Assembly (NCBI RefSeq): GCF_023055435.1
Contig: NW_025963779.1
Location: forward strand, 33,790,001 to 33,854,000
Length of the DNA stretch: 64,000 bases
Source: Haliotis rufescens
Taxonomy: Eukaryota
Direction of reading: 5' to 3'
Below the pieces are notes generated by a model. That model worked only from the letters and a program-made list of their open reading frames with translations, was not told where the DNA came from and searched no databases. The translations under genes were made by a program, and so were the position numbers. Below are positions 13,854 to 25,978 of the stretch, one piece after another; the stretch's first letter is position 1; every line of letters begins with the position of its first letter.

Positions 13854-15192
13854 AACTGGTCCTATTGGAGCGGAGTGCTTAATACAGCAACTATGATGAT
13901 AAACATCTACAATCATAAATCATAAAATATCTAAAATCTGATATATCATATCGCTTCTGATCCTTAAATAAAAGTTGAAATCTGAAAAGCACTTTCATAT
14001 TCTAATGAAAGCATATTTACTTGTTGCTCCTATTCAAATAGATATATACATATATACATTTTAAGTAAAATAAATTCATAGACAATGTCTACTTTTAATT
14101 CAATTAAATACAAAGACTTTGTCTACATTTTGACTAAGCCACAGAATAGGAAAGTAGATTTGGAAATGAGACAGGAATTTAATAGTGTGCTAATAAAGAG
14201 GCATACCAATAAATATTACATTGATCATATTTCATACTATAAAAAATACAGCTTAATATATAATGAAATGATTTGAATAAGGTTAAAGCTTTACAATCAT
14301 CTAATCATGAAGCCATGACTCAGTGTGGGGCACGTTTCACCCTGTACAGCGTGTGTAGGATATACTGATATCCTGTCTTTCACATCTAAAACACTTCTGG
14401 ATATCATGAGAAGTGCAATAAAGACACTTCAAAATGTTTCAAAATGTTCTAAAATGCTTCAAAATTGATCAGTCCATATGGCAGATGCAAGCACTACATG
14501 CAGGAAGCTTTTTGGTCAAGCATACTCAGAAGCTTACAAATGAGCCCAAGGGCACTTTGAGACATGATACAAAAATCAATAGGAAAACATGTGTTAGCAT
14601 TATAGGGGTACTGAGGGCCATTGCCCATGTTCAGAACAGGTCGGGACATTGTTGTTCGTGTGAAACTGAGACATTATCTCTAGATCATTAGGGCAATCAG
14701 TAACTGTCTATGCTGATATACAGATAAAGTCTGAGTCAGAAGACAATGTGGTGTTCAAACTTGAATCAAATGTGCTAGGACAGAACAATTTACTTGAAGC
14801 TAACCCCCCTTTAAATTAGTCAAGTTGAAACCAGTTCCACGAGCACTGTAGAAGGCTACTTACTCAATCCTGTGTAGAAGCCGAAGACAAGCACATTTGA
14901 AGGAGACAATAACAGACAATTAACAATTAGGTACATGGGTAGTCAACAAATATCGATCACCTATATTCATTTGTTGCTATTCCATCAGGCCAAGAAAACA
15001 TAAGTGAGCTTCAGGTTACCTGATGGACCCTAATCTGGACCCCCTGTTTTTCTCAAGTTGCACCATAGTATTTATTATCATCCTGTGTCCGTATATAATG
15101 TGATCCTATTTTTGGATGGGCTGATGTAGGTGACAGCTAATTCTTGTTTTGGCCCCAGCACCTGAATGACCTAATATCACGCTTGAAGCATA

Positions 15193-15790
15193 TCAGTGTA
15201 ATGATGATGGACTGGATTGATTCAAAGCCAGGTATCTATTAATCTCGTCTTGTGTCTTCTGAGGAATGTCGTTGCCTGGCAACAGGGTCAAATACTTGAC
15301 AGTGGTGTTGCGCTTTAGGAGGTCAATAAGGGCACGACCTCCTGCCTCCCCGATTCCTGCATTGGCCACCTCCAGGGTCGACAGTGACGTGTTGCTCTTC
15401 AGCCCTTCAACAAGTATCTGAACACCCTCATCACCGACTTTGTTGTTCTGTATCGTCAAGGTCTTCAGGTTCTTGTTCTTTGCTAAGGCTGTTGCCAATT
15501 TGGACCATCCTGGCTTGGTGATGTCCGGACAGCTGCTGAGACTCAAAGTGTGAAGGTCAAGGTTACTCTCAAGAAGCAGTGCCACGTCCACCATGCCGTC
15601 GTCGGTGATGCTGGCCTCACTGAGGTCCAGTTCCTGCAGCTGACAGAAGCGGCCTTTGATGGACAAGATTGGTACTCCCCCCATCCGCTCCGACTCTCTC
15701 TTCTTGTACTCCTGGGCCTCGAACTCTATGTCCAACAGCCCATCCACAAGAGTCTGCAGACCCTCATTGCCTATGGGGTTGCCTTGTAAC
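15193..15790 (-). CDS. last exon, RI-like leucine-rich repeats (LRRC73-like)
   Basis: LQGNPIGNEG...LQELDLSEASITDDG...LSLSSCPDITKPGWSKLATAL...LTIQNNKVGDEG; LxxLxLxxNxI pattern; DITKPGWSKLA resembles recalled LRRC73 GITPKGWSRLA. Confidence 0.9.
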
Positions 15791-15972
15791 CTGCAACAAT
15801 GTATACACACATTACTGATACTCAAGTGACACCGTTCAACAAGGCTGAACTACTTCACTATCAAACATCAGCAGTGTTTTAAAAAGATGATTTGGGGGAA
15901 CAGTTGCGCTTGCTCAGTGGCAAATCAAGGTACAGGGCGGAAAGTGAACACTTATGCAATATAAATTATAGA

Positions 15973-16411
15973 TGTTTGGAGGACAAAACCGCCACAGTTG
16001 ATGATTGTTTGGAGGACAAAACCACTACAGTTCATGATTGTTTGGAGGACAAAACTGCTATAGTTGATGATTGTTCTGAGGTCAAAAGCACTACAGTTGA
16101 TGATTGTTTGGAGGACAAAACCGCCACAGTTGACGATTGTTTAGAGGACAAAAGTGCAACAGTTGATGATTGTTTGGAGGACAAAACCGCCACAGTTGAC
16201 GATTGTTTAGAGGACAAAAGCACTACAGTTGATGATTGTTTGGAGGACAAAACCGCCACAGTTGATGATTGTTTGGAGGACAAAACCGCCACAGTTAATG
16301 AATGTTTGGAGGACAAAACCGCCACAGTTGATGATTGTTTGGAGGACAAAACCGCCACAGTTAATGAATGTTTGGAGGACAGTACTGCCACAGTTGATGA
16401 ATGTTGAGGAC
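15973..16411. repeat. minisatellite, 33-bp unit x ~13, in LRR-gene intron
   Basis: TGTTTGGAGGACAAAACCGCCACAGTTGATGAT repeated. Confidence 0.95.
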
Positions 16412-16679
16412 AACAACACTACAAATGGATGACTCCTGAAACTACTTCGTAGGCTATAGGAAACACCGGACTTTCGGTGCAAATATTTGTGGGTGTATAC
16501 AAACATGCAGAATCTGCTGAAACTAGAGTCAACACAATATGGCTAATTTAAATTAATCTTGAAGTTTTTTTATATTTTTTTCCAACTAACTTCAGTGATA
16601 ATCAGTCAATAGACTTCAAAAGCACTTGTACGTTGTATGTATGTACTAGGAATTATTGCTGTCTCAACACAACACTTAC

Positions 16680-16771
16680 AGCAGCATGTCAATGGAGGGT
16701 TTGATCTTGAGCATCTCAACGAGTGGCACCACGCTGCGGGGACCGAGGATGTTATTGTTGAGGTTCAAGAT
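16680..16771 (-). CDS. LRR exon
   Basis: ttcAG|ILNLNNNILGPRSVVPLVEMLKIKPSIDML(L)|GTaagt; phase 0 to 2. Confidence 0.88.
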
Positions 16772-17375
16772 CTGAAACAGAATAAGATCACCTTCATTTG
16801 TACACTTCCCCAATGCTTTTGTCCCACATTGTATATCAATTTCTGTTTAAATGATAGCACTGAAATCATGTCATACCAGTAAGACAGTCCTGGTGGAGAT
16901 ATGGTAAGACCCGTGTTCAATTCCACACAATGGTACAATGAGAATTATCTCAACCGTGGTACAATCAGGACGTACCCCGGGTACATTTTGACCTATAGGG
17001 AAGTATGTTTATATTGTTATGTACCACTGTTCCAAAGGTTTGTACCTGGGGTTTCTCTGCGATAGTTTCTCATTCATTTCAGAGACATTCAACACTTTGC
17101 GTCAACATTGCCGCTCCCACTAAGCAATAAAAGGCCAACAGCTACCACACAACACCATGTCCTGCACGTGAATTGTTGATGTGACATGATTGTGGGAGCA
17201 GCCATGTTGAGGCTAGGTGGTGAATGTCACAACTATTCCTTGTGAACATAAATACATTGAAGTGTACATGATATCATTGTTGTGGTAGACAGTTAGCCAT
17301 GATACGTCTGGAATAATGCTACACAATTTTCATCTTAATCGCTATTCAGTCCTGCATTTAACATTGTATGCCTAG

Positions 17376-17794
17376 TACAATGACGAGTCCAAATTTACTA
17401 CCCGGGTACCCACCCCCCTATTACCCGACCCTACCTGGGTACCCGCTGTAGGTCTCAAGAGGTAGGTACAAACTGTCAGATTGGGAAAAGTTTGACTGTA
17501 GCCCTGGCAAAATGTGTTTAGATACATGTATAAAACGATCTGGTCACCCTTCACTGAAGTTGACTGAAGTTTTGTTTTTATTCAAACATAAAAATTTCAG
17601 AAGGAATGGGTGTAGTAGTCAGGAAGAACTGCTTAAAATTAGTGACTTGTAGTTTAAACATAGAGTTGTAGATATTTTTTGTCATTAAACAATATATCAC
17701 GTAACTAACCACAAGGCTGGGTAGTCCTGTGGGTACCCGGGTCCTACTCATTACCCACCCGACCCGAGTACCTGAGTTACCCGTCCCAGCCCTA
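17376..17794. mobile_element. hAT-like MITE family H
   Basis: homologous to the 62205 copy; perfect 8-bp TSD ATGCCTAG at 17368-17375 and 17795-17802. Confidence 0.87.
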
Positions 17795-18164
17795 ATGCCT
17801 AGATTCATATTTTACATGTGGTTAATGGTATAAAAGGGACAAGATGACAGACTGGTGTATTGCACTTGTATCAAAGTACATGCAGTATTAAAGGTATTGA
17901 TGGAGATCAGTTTTTTGTGACACTGGTTTATTAGAAACTTTTAGATGTGGATAACAGTGTAGAGATGCCTTCATTATGTGATATCATAACTGAACTAGAA
18001 CCTGGTGGTAGTATCTAGACTAGACATAGACAACACATGTATTATCAGTGCCCCAATCAATCAACAATCAAACAGGTGAAAATCCCTTTGCCAGACAGAA
18101 ATGCTGCATCGCTAATGCAGACTGCCCAGGGTATGCAGAGGGTGTGGTTAGAGGGCTGCCTCAC

Positions 18165-18296
18165 CCTGGGGTTGGAGGGGGACTTGGCCAGGGACTGGAG
18201 CAGCTTGTTCATGTCGTCCACCCCGAGGCTGCAGTTGGAGATGGTGACAGCTTGGAGGTTGTCCTTGATCTCAATTGTCTGCATTATCTCCACAAT
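18165..18296 (-). CDS. LRR exon
   Basis: ttcAG|IVEIMQTIEIKDNLQAVTISNCSLGVDDMNKLLQSLAKSPSNPR|GTgagg; 132 nt. Confidence 0.87.
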
Positions 18297-19038
18297 CTGA
18301 AGTCAACACACGGGGTAAGTATGCATCATCGCAAACACACTTCCTTTATTCATCAACTAACGACAAGCACAATCCAGCAACCAAGACAACATAACTTCAA
18401 AATATATTTGCCCATCCGGTCTTAATTCTGATCAATTTATGGATAATAAAATGATACAACTGCAAAATGTATGAGAGCAACCATTTTCAGGTGTAGGAGG
18501 GGAGATTTTATTCCTTGAAAATTGAGAATCTAATTTTTTACCAACATGGACAGGTGCTAATTGTGTTTTTAAATAACAATAACAAACTGTATTCTTTGGA
18601 AACTTGTCCACAAGAAAAGGGCACATTTTTTGTTTTCTAACAATGTATGTAACAAGCTGTGTAAAAAAGTTCAGTATACAGGGTTCATTATATTGTTTGA
18701 AAAAATCCTGCCTCCCTCCCCAGGAAAAGTAAATGGTTGCTCCCTAACAAAAGGCAACTTATGTTTTTGTAAGTAATCAACTGCAGAGCACATGTTTTTT
18801 ACCCTACACATAAAGCATTTGTTCCACTACAGATGTATGCATCAAGATGTTCCAGTGACATCGTGGCATGTTTCCATCAGGAAAGAACAGAGTAAGTTTA
18901 CTTCTCCACGTAGTGGTGAGTTATTTCGACCAGTCTTATAACATGACAATCTGTGTGGGTCCAGGGTACATATATGTAATAACACTGGGTTGAGATACAA
19001 TACCCTGGACAATAGAGGATGAGAAGAAAGTTGACTAC

Positions 19039-19202
19039 CTGTGGTTTAGTGAGGTTGATGTTGTGTATGTCGATGGCATTCTGGTCTTCCAGCAGCGGGG
19101 TGAGACTTCCTGAGTGCATCGTCTGTGGCGGCGGCTGCACAAACTCCAGTATAGACTGCCACTTGGCGCTGTCGTCATCGGCTACTCTGTCAGGGTCGTT
19201 AC
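19039..19202 (-). CDS. exon leading into LRR domain
   Basis: ttcAG|(G)NDPDRVADDSAKWQSILEFV...AIDIHNINLTKPQ|GTagtc; phase 1 to 0. Confidence 0.82.
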
Positions 19203-19384
19203 CTGAAGCATCAAGGTAAATAAATCATGACATAGTCACAAAATAACATAATCATCAAGTATACTATGATCATTATTTTGTCACCATGATAATGAATAAT
19301 TCATCAACATAATCATACCTTTTTTAATATCACTATCAACAATATCTCAGATATTCATAAGAAATTTTTCTGTCATCATCACCA

Positions 19385-19772
19385 CATCTTCCTGAGGCAA
19401 GGGAGTTAACTGATCATTAAAGTCCTGTTTCCACTCTTGTCAAAATTGTCTGCAATTATGGAGTTTCATTTTGGCTGGAATCCAATCAAAATCATTTAAT
19501 GAAATCAACATCCGGTTTGTAAACAGATTTGGGTCAATTGCAGGATTTGCAAAGCATGTGAACCGTCAACTGGGTGTCAACAAATATTTTCTAAATCTCT
19601 TCATGTTTTTAAATCAAGATGCTCACGTAATCTGATGCACTGCGAGAGGTACGACCCTTTTTATTACAATATAGATTTTGATTATCAATCAGATCATCTT
19701 GATATGAGAGATGGAATGTGATTGGTCAACAGGCAGGACATAGAAGTGACATAACTCGTAATAGCCACTGGT
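19385..19772. mobile_element. MITE family E, right-truncated copy
   Basis: CATCTTCCTGAGGCAAGGGAGTTAACTG start; interior homologous to the 53013 copy. Confidence 0.78.
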
Positions 19773-20193
19773 GACATCATCTCTTTCTTGGTGATAATAT
19801 ACTGAACCGCAAAAGAAACATCACCCCAAGTAACATTGCATGAAAAGTTGTCATTTAAATATCTGGGTAATTTTTGTCAAAGTTTCAAAAATTTTACATT
19901 GCCCTGTCCGGAAAAATGAAATTTGATGATAAAAATACAAAGCAGTTGACAATAAAACCGATGGCCCAAACGCATGACAGCAACAGCCATGGTAACCCGA
20001 TGCACGTGAGTTCTGTGCAAATTGAAATGCACATGCGTTCCCAAAAATTTCTTGCCCTATAAAAATCCGCCCAGATCAGATAAGATTATTGAATTGCTGC
20101 CACATGCCAAAATTGACAATAAATCAGCGACACCAAGCCCTTGGACGATTGCAAGCTGGACAAACCACCCGGCAAGTAGCCAATGCATTTCAG

Positions 20194-20490
20194 GTGAGGT
20201 GAGGTGAAATGGGGTTTAACGTCGCGTCAAAGATTATTGCACTTATAGCGACGTGCATGTAAGTGTGTGTGTTTGTGTGGCTGCTTGTACTAGTCCGGAC
20301 TGATGCCTATTTATAGTGCTAGCTCACTGAGATACCATGCCGCAGTTTAACATGAATACCCCACTCAGACACAGTATACTGACTCTGAGGCTACCAGTCC
20401 TTCATTTAGCCCCTTAATGCCGAGGGCCAGACAGGGTAACAACAAGTACCAGCTTTTAACGTCTTTTGGTATGATGCGCTCTACCACTAG
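20194..20490 (-). mobile_element. SINE family D nested inside the Tc1 element
   Basis: reverse complement of 25212-25535 (GGGTAACAACAAGTACC...TTAACGTCTTTTGGTAT). Confidence 0.78.
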
Positions 20491-20499
20491 ACCACGGAG

Positions 20500-21195
20500 G
20501 CATTTCAAGTCCACATTAGTACCATATACAGTCTCCAGTAACGGTACCAGACCACCAACACAACAGATGACCGACCACGTAGTGGAAGACCAAGGGTCAC
20601 CACCCGATGTCAGGATCGTCATATTGTGCGACAGCATCTTCAAGATCACTTTGTTACTGCGACGGAAACTCCTCGAGAGACCATGGGGACACACCAGCAC
20701 ATTAGTGCGGAAACCGTGCGTCTACGATTGACAAGTAAACACCTCCACTGTCACAGGCCACACCGAGGACCCATTCTGACACCACCTCATTCCCGGGACC
20801 GTCTTCAGTGGGCAACACAGCACCAGCATTGGCAACACCAGCAATGGAGAAGAGTCCTCTTCTCAGACGAGACCCGTTACTGTATCTCAACAGCAGACGA
20901 CAGAGAGAGAGTCTGGCGACGCCATGGGGAACATTATTCGGATGCTTGTGTTGAGAGAGACTCGTGGGGTGGTCCGAGCATCATGGTGTGGGGTGGAATT
21001 GGTCTTGCACAGAGGGTCGGCACTGTGGTCTTTCAGAACATTGTTTCAGGGAGAGCAATGGTGTCACAGCAGCTCGGTACATTGATCAAGTCTTGAGACC
21101 ACACGGCATACCTCATTTGGCATGTCGCCCCAACCACAACGTTGTATCGACGTTGCACGGCAGTCATCAATGATGATGGCGGACACACAAGATAC
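20500..21195 (+). pseudogene. Tc1-family DDE transposase pseudogene
   Basis: RLQWA...WRRVLFSDETRY...RVWRR...GGPSIMVWGGI motifs; frameshifted into NGVTAARYIDQVLRPH and then truncated. Confidence 0.88.
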
Positions 21196-21384
21196 TGACT
21201 TGTGATGCCTTTCTTAGAGACTAGTGTTGTGTTTCACTTTAAGAACATTGGACACTTTAATTTCAACCTTGATGATCAGTTTTGCCAAGTTTCATCTTTT
21301 TAATATGTCTCAAAGTATGTTTACAGTGTTTGGACAAAAAAGGTTTCTCATATATCTATCCTAGGTGACATTTCTTTTGCGGTC

Positions 21385-21497
21385 CTGGGCCCTGTTCCAC
21401 AAAGCCATCTTAGCGCTAAGGTGATTGTATATCCCATACTTTAACACTGGCTTACGATAGTTGTAGTGCTAAGATCGGTTTGTGGAACGGTGCCCAG
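21385..21497. mobile_element. short palindromic MITE (PIF/Harbinger-like) inserted in the Tc1 right TIR
   Basis: GGGCCCTGTTCCACAAAGCCATCTTAGCGCTA...TAGTGCTAAGATCGGTTTGTGGAACGGTGCCC, flanked by CTG/CAG; related sequence at ~32060-32155 and ~33410-33500. Confidence 0.7.
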
Positions 21498-21582
21498 AAT
21501 ATTATGAATACTAATGACTATTGCATAAGTATGATTATTATTACTGTTATTGTTATTATTTCATGTATTTTTATTATTTTAC

Positions 21583-21645
21583 CTCCATGCATGTTCTCAG
21601 TCTCAGTCTCACTCTCACTGGTCGGTCTGGTTTGACCATTTTCAC
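21583..21645 (-). CDS. small exon
   Basis: aacAG|(G)ENGQTRPTSESETETENMHG G|GTaaaa; 63 nt, phase 1-1. Confidence 0.68.
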
Positions 21646-22452
21646 CTGTTGAAACAATACAAGTCTTGTGAGAAAGTATTAGTTGCTTACATCACCTCAC
21701 CTCTCACAACAAACTGACATATATAGCACCGTTGCCCTTCAGTTTTTAATTACTTGATTCACAGATTAGAAACTTTAAAAAAATTAAATTCATTTCTTTA
21801 AATTTAGGTCACTGAGGAGATATAAAAAAAATCATTGTTTCTTTGAATGACAAGTCCAAGAGTTTCTTCTCTTCATTTTTTCTTCATGAAACCAAATCAG
21901 TGCAATGAAAACAAATTAATGATCTTGAAATTCTGATCTTATTCCACATCATGTAACCAAGTAATAAAAAAGTGATATACACGTAAGAGTACAACTCATG
22001 TATAAATTATTACAAATAGGGCTCCGATGGGTACTTGAGTTCTCAAGCACAGGTCAGGTGCTACGTCAAGGACTTAAGGACCTGACTAGGGGAGATAACT
22101 CCAATCTTCACTTCTCTAACAAATGTGTTGCAGACATGGAAGAGAAACTTTACAGTGTCTGTATGCATTTTGACTTAGAAGAAAAGACAATGTCAGTGGA
22201 AATCAGGTATTTGAGTCCATGTTCATTTAGGGTCCAATCATGCTTCATATTGTTGCAAAAGAAAAGAAATTGTCTGCTATAAAAATTGCATTGTTGCAAT
22301 GTAATTATTTTTTTTAATATTTTGACTCATAGTTTAAGTAAAAAGCTTTATCTAGCCCCCAAGCCTAGAATATCAAATGGTCAGTCCCTTACACGGGTAC
22401 TCGAGTCCATTTTTTTTACTTGTCAGAGCCCTACGTACAAACACCCACCAAC

Positions 22453-22647
22453 CTGACACAGTCTTGTCATCAGATTCTGCTGAATGTTTTGGCTGATACT
22501 CAAACTCAGCTGGCAGTCCACCAGGCTGTCGGGGGCCCTGTACGGGTGTCGCAACCCGATCCTGCCACTCCCCACTGCCCTGGGCCTCTCTTAGATCAGG
22601 CGTGGTTGGGATGACCACAACAGTCGGGACCGGAGGGGGCACTTGCT
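22453..22647 (-). CDS. Pro-rich exon
   Basis: ctcAG|(E)QVPPPVPTVVVIPTTPDLREAQ...DDKTVS G|GTtggt; 195 nt, phase 1-1. Confidence 0.72.
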
Positions 22648-23000
22648 CTGAGCAACGACAGTCCAGTATCACAAACTATGTACCTATATTATTTCGGTGC
22701 CATTACTTGTAAATGTTTAACAGTTCTTGAAATTGTCATGTATTTCTCATTTCAACTGATATAAATAAAATTATGTTTTTTACCCCCTTTAATTTAATCG
22801 TTTCTGCTTGTTATGTTTTGACTTTTCCAGCAACTTTTGTTGGATTGGAATGTATGTGTAACAGATTGCTTAGAAATTATATATGTGTGTAAAAGGATTT
22901 CTTATAGATGTGCAATTTTAGCTTGAATAACATAATCATGGCCACCCAAGCACAATCATAAAGTGTTTGGCAGTAACATGGGAACTGGGGATTTTGTGTA

Positions 23001-23259
23001 CCGTATATGACCACGTATAAGCCGAATTTTGAGGGACCAGAAAAAAGATTCTGTAGAAAGGGGTCGGCTTATCCACGGGATACAATTTCATGATAGTATT
23101 TTTCAGATCGTGATCTTGCAGTCCGACTTCTCAGTGTTTTTGGCCTTTCACTTCCTGGTTTGGCTTATCTGTGAGTCATATCATTTTCTTTCGCATTTCA
23201 ATGGTCAAGTTAACACCTCGGCTTATTTACGGGGTCGGCTTATCCGCGGTCATATACTG
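23001..23259. mobile_element. Tc1/mariner-type MITE (TA TSD)
   Basis: TA|CCGTATATGACCACGTATAAGCCG...CGGCTTATCCGCGGTCATATACTG|TA; similar architecture at ~41145-41497. Confidence 0.72.
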
Positions 23260-24109
23260 TACCACAGCGTTCACTAGACCATGACCTAGTTCATACACCT
23301 ACGCCTCCAGCTCATGGTTTAAAATGTATAAAATACCATGTACCACAAGTGATCCTGCTACAACGATATTATCTTACCGACATGTATTACTATGACATTG
23401 TAATTAAATTTTTAAAAATTCAAAATAGAAAACAGCTGTCTGGTTGAGCGGATGTTGCGTTTGCTATGTCACTGACTTTCACTGAGTTGGAAGAAGTGTG
23501 AGCCTTTTTGCATCAAGGCAGGGTATAAGGGATGTATTCTGCCTCTCAGAAATCCACATGCAGTCTGTCTTACTCATGGCGGGGTATAAGGGATTTATTA
23601 TCCTGCCTAAAAATTATATTTTCCACCAAGGCGGAATATACATAGTATTTTATCAAGATCACGTGGACCAATCAGATCTATCATTCTGACATGGAGGTAT
23701 GATAATGTGATTTATCAAGTGAAGCTCAGGTGTAATTCTCATTATCTCGGAGGAATGGGTGCCATGGTCATTTTCGTTGCCAAATTTGTTGTGCAGGGTT
23801 GCGTCATTTAGGCATGTTAGAATCCTTTGATCAAGGGTTCCAACAGATGTGCCCTGATTATTATTCTTGGTTTGTCAGCATGATATCCATGCTTTTGGGC
23901 TTCACCAACTACAAGGCTGGCATGATCAGCTTCATCATCACTGCACACATGGCAACAAATTCAGGATACATCTTGAAAAACAAGAATAAACCTGAATTGT
24001 CATCATTATTTTTAATGTTATTTCCCACCTACCAATCAGGATTTGAAACATAATATCTGTAAATGAAGAAATGAACATGGTGTAGCCTTAGAGATAGGGA
24101 AACATGTCT

Positions 24110-24403
24110 AATGTGATGTATCAGATTATATTCTAAACTAGACAGGGTCACAATGTGATGTATTGGGTAATATTCTAAACTAGACAGGGTCACAATGTGA
24201 TGTATCAGATTATATTCTAAACTAGACAGGGTCACAATGTGATGTATTGGGTAATATTCTAAACTAGACAGGGTCTCAATGTGATGTATTGGGTTATATT
24301 CTAAACTAGACAGGGTCACAATGTGATGTATTGGGTTATATTCTAAACTAGACAGGGTCACAATGTGATGTATCGGGTTATATTCTAAACTAGACAGGGT
24401 CAC
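24110..24403. repeat. minisatellite, 42-bp unit x 7
   Basis: AATGTGATGTATTGGGTTATATTCTAAACTAGACAGGGTCAC repeated. Confidence 0.95.
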
Positions 24404-24455
24404 AGGGTCACCACATATCATGTGTTTGTAGCTGAAAAGTTTCTCTATACATTAC

Positions 24456-24833
24456 CTGTCTGTTTGTCTAGCAGAGATTTTGAAGGCGATCTGGGTGGCG
24501 ACGGAAATGTCGTCTGCTCTGGTTGCGGTGTGGCATGTGGAGCAGGAAGCTTTGTCTGCTGTGGTTCATTTGTGTCCGAATCTTCAGGTTTGGCTTCATC
24601 ACCAACACTTGCATCAGTCGACACCACAGTCGGAGTGGCACCATCTGCAGTTTTGGGAGCGGCATCCTCCTTAGAAGCAGTGTCATCTGCCTGGAGGGTG
24701 GGGTCCTTACTTCCCCGGGGGGTTTCTTCCTGCACAATAAGCTCCCCCTCACTCTCCGACTCCAACTCCGAGGATGAGCCGGAGGAGTTGCTGCTGTCAC
24801 TGCTGGAGTCCACACTGGACGACCCGGATTCTG
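24456..24833 (-). CDS. Ser/Glu/Pro-rich exon
   Basis: tttaCAG CAG acceptor, ESGSSSVDSSSDSS...LLDKQT G|GTaatg; 378 nt, phase 1-1. Confidence 0.82.
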
Positions 24834-25211
24834 CTGTAAAGTGTACAATGTGTTACAAGACGTACATGGTGCTCTCAGGACAACTGGTCACATAACTCAC
24901 GCAACTTACAGCATCCCGGGAGAAAGGAATACTTTACATCTACCTGCACTGGAGGCTGAATCAGCTTCAGAACACAGTCAGGAATATACACTTGTATGAC
25001 TGTGGCCTTCATCCAACCCAGGTCATTTTCCAACAAAATACTTTAACTGCTAGACTATCCCCCAACCTCATTCATCAGCATGTCAGTCAGTGAACACTGT
25101 CACTGGGATATCAAACTAGTGTACCCATCATTGCTGAACAACAGTCTGCTAAGTACAGCATTAAAATCACCCTTTCACTCCCAGCGCCATATAATCCTTC
25201 ATATTTGATCC

Positions 25212-25535
25212 ACCTCCATGGTTTAGTGGAAGAGTGTCTGCATGGAGAATGGAAGGTTGGGGGTTCGACATGCGTTATACCAAAAGACGTTAAAGATGGT
25301 ACTTGTTGTTACCCTGCCTGGTGCTAAGGGGTTAAAAGAGGATGGGTTTGCTAAGAGGCAGTATACTGTGTCTGTGTGGGGTATTCATGTTAAACTGTGG
25401 GAAGGTACCTCATTTGGCTAGCACTATAAAATCAGCTTTAGGCCAGACAAGAATAAGCAGCCACACATGCACGCACACACACACACGTCGCTGTATAAGT
25501 GCAATAATCTTGAACGTGACGTTAAACTCACCCAT
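25212..25535 (+). mobile_element. tRNA-derived SINE family D (Nin/Deu-domain-like)
   Basis: tRNA-like head with GGTTCGA, then CCAAAAGACGTTAAAGATGGTACTTGTTGTTACCCTGCCTGG, resembling the recalled Nin/Deu central domain; second copy at 20194. Confidence 0.75.
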
Positions 25536-25978
25536 CTCATATTTGGTCCGATTTGGTCACCTTAATAATATACCATACCTTAACTGTGACTTGATTATAG
25601 AGTAACCAAACCTTATTTGACATTCAGCAGCATGGATATCATATTACACTACATGTATCTTTCTTGAAGGACAAGAATATGTTCCATCCACTGTATTAGG
25701 TACATAAGATGAAATCATGTTTGCATACAAATCTCTGTTTTCTGTATTTTGTTACAAGTAAAAGATGTTTGGCACCACAAAGAACAGACAAATCTGTACA
25801 ATGACATTTAGCAATGGGCAATTAACATGCATGCACATAGACAACTATAGCTACAGAAAAAATGACAAGATCAGAGGAAAGATCTGTCAAAAAGTACAAA
25901 AACAAAGCAAAAACAAATATCATCTACCATTATAAAACTGTAGCCCCTGTCTTCACATCTAAGGTGTCAAAGCCTTAC

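Larger units (their letters stand above)
19800..21384 (+). mobile_element. decayed Tc1/mariner DNA transposon
   Basis: terminal inverted repeats (TIRs) CTGAACCGCAAAAGAAACATCACC (~19802) and GGTGACATTTCTTTTGCGGTC (21364-21384); internal transposase remnant. Confidence 0.85.

Noticed and set aside
15271-15283. X-box-like GTTGCCTGGCAAC
   Set aside because: It lies inside the LRR coding exon, so it is most simply explained by codon sequence.
15892-16506. 171-aa (CLEDKTATVDD)n ORF and antisense ORFs
   Set aside because: This is a 33-bp minisatellite inside an intron. The flanking LRR exons join in phase without it.
24422-24895. Plus-strand ORFs opposite the acidic exons (also 26038, 37742, 38186, 39422)
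   Set aside because: These are antisense shadows of low-complexity coding exons.
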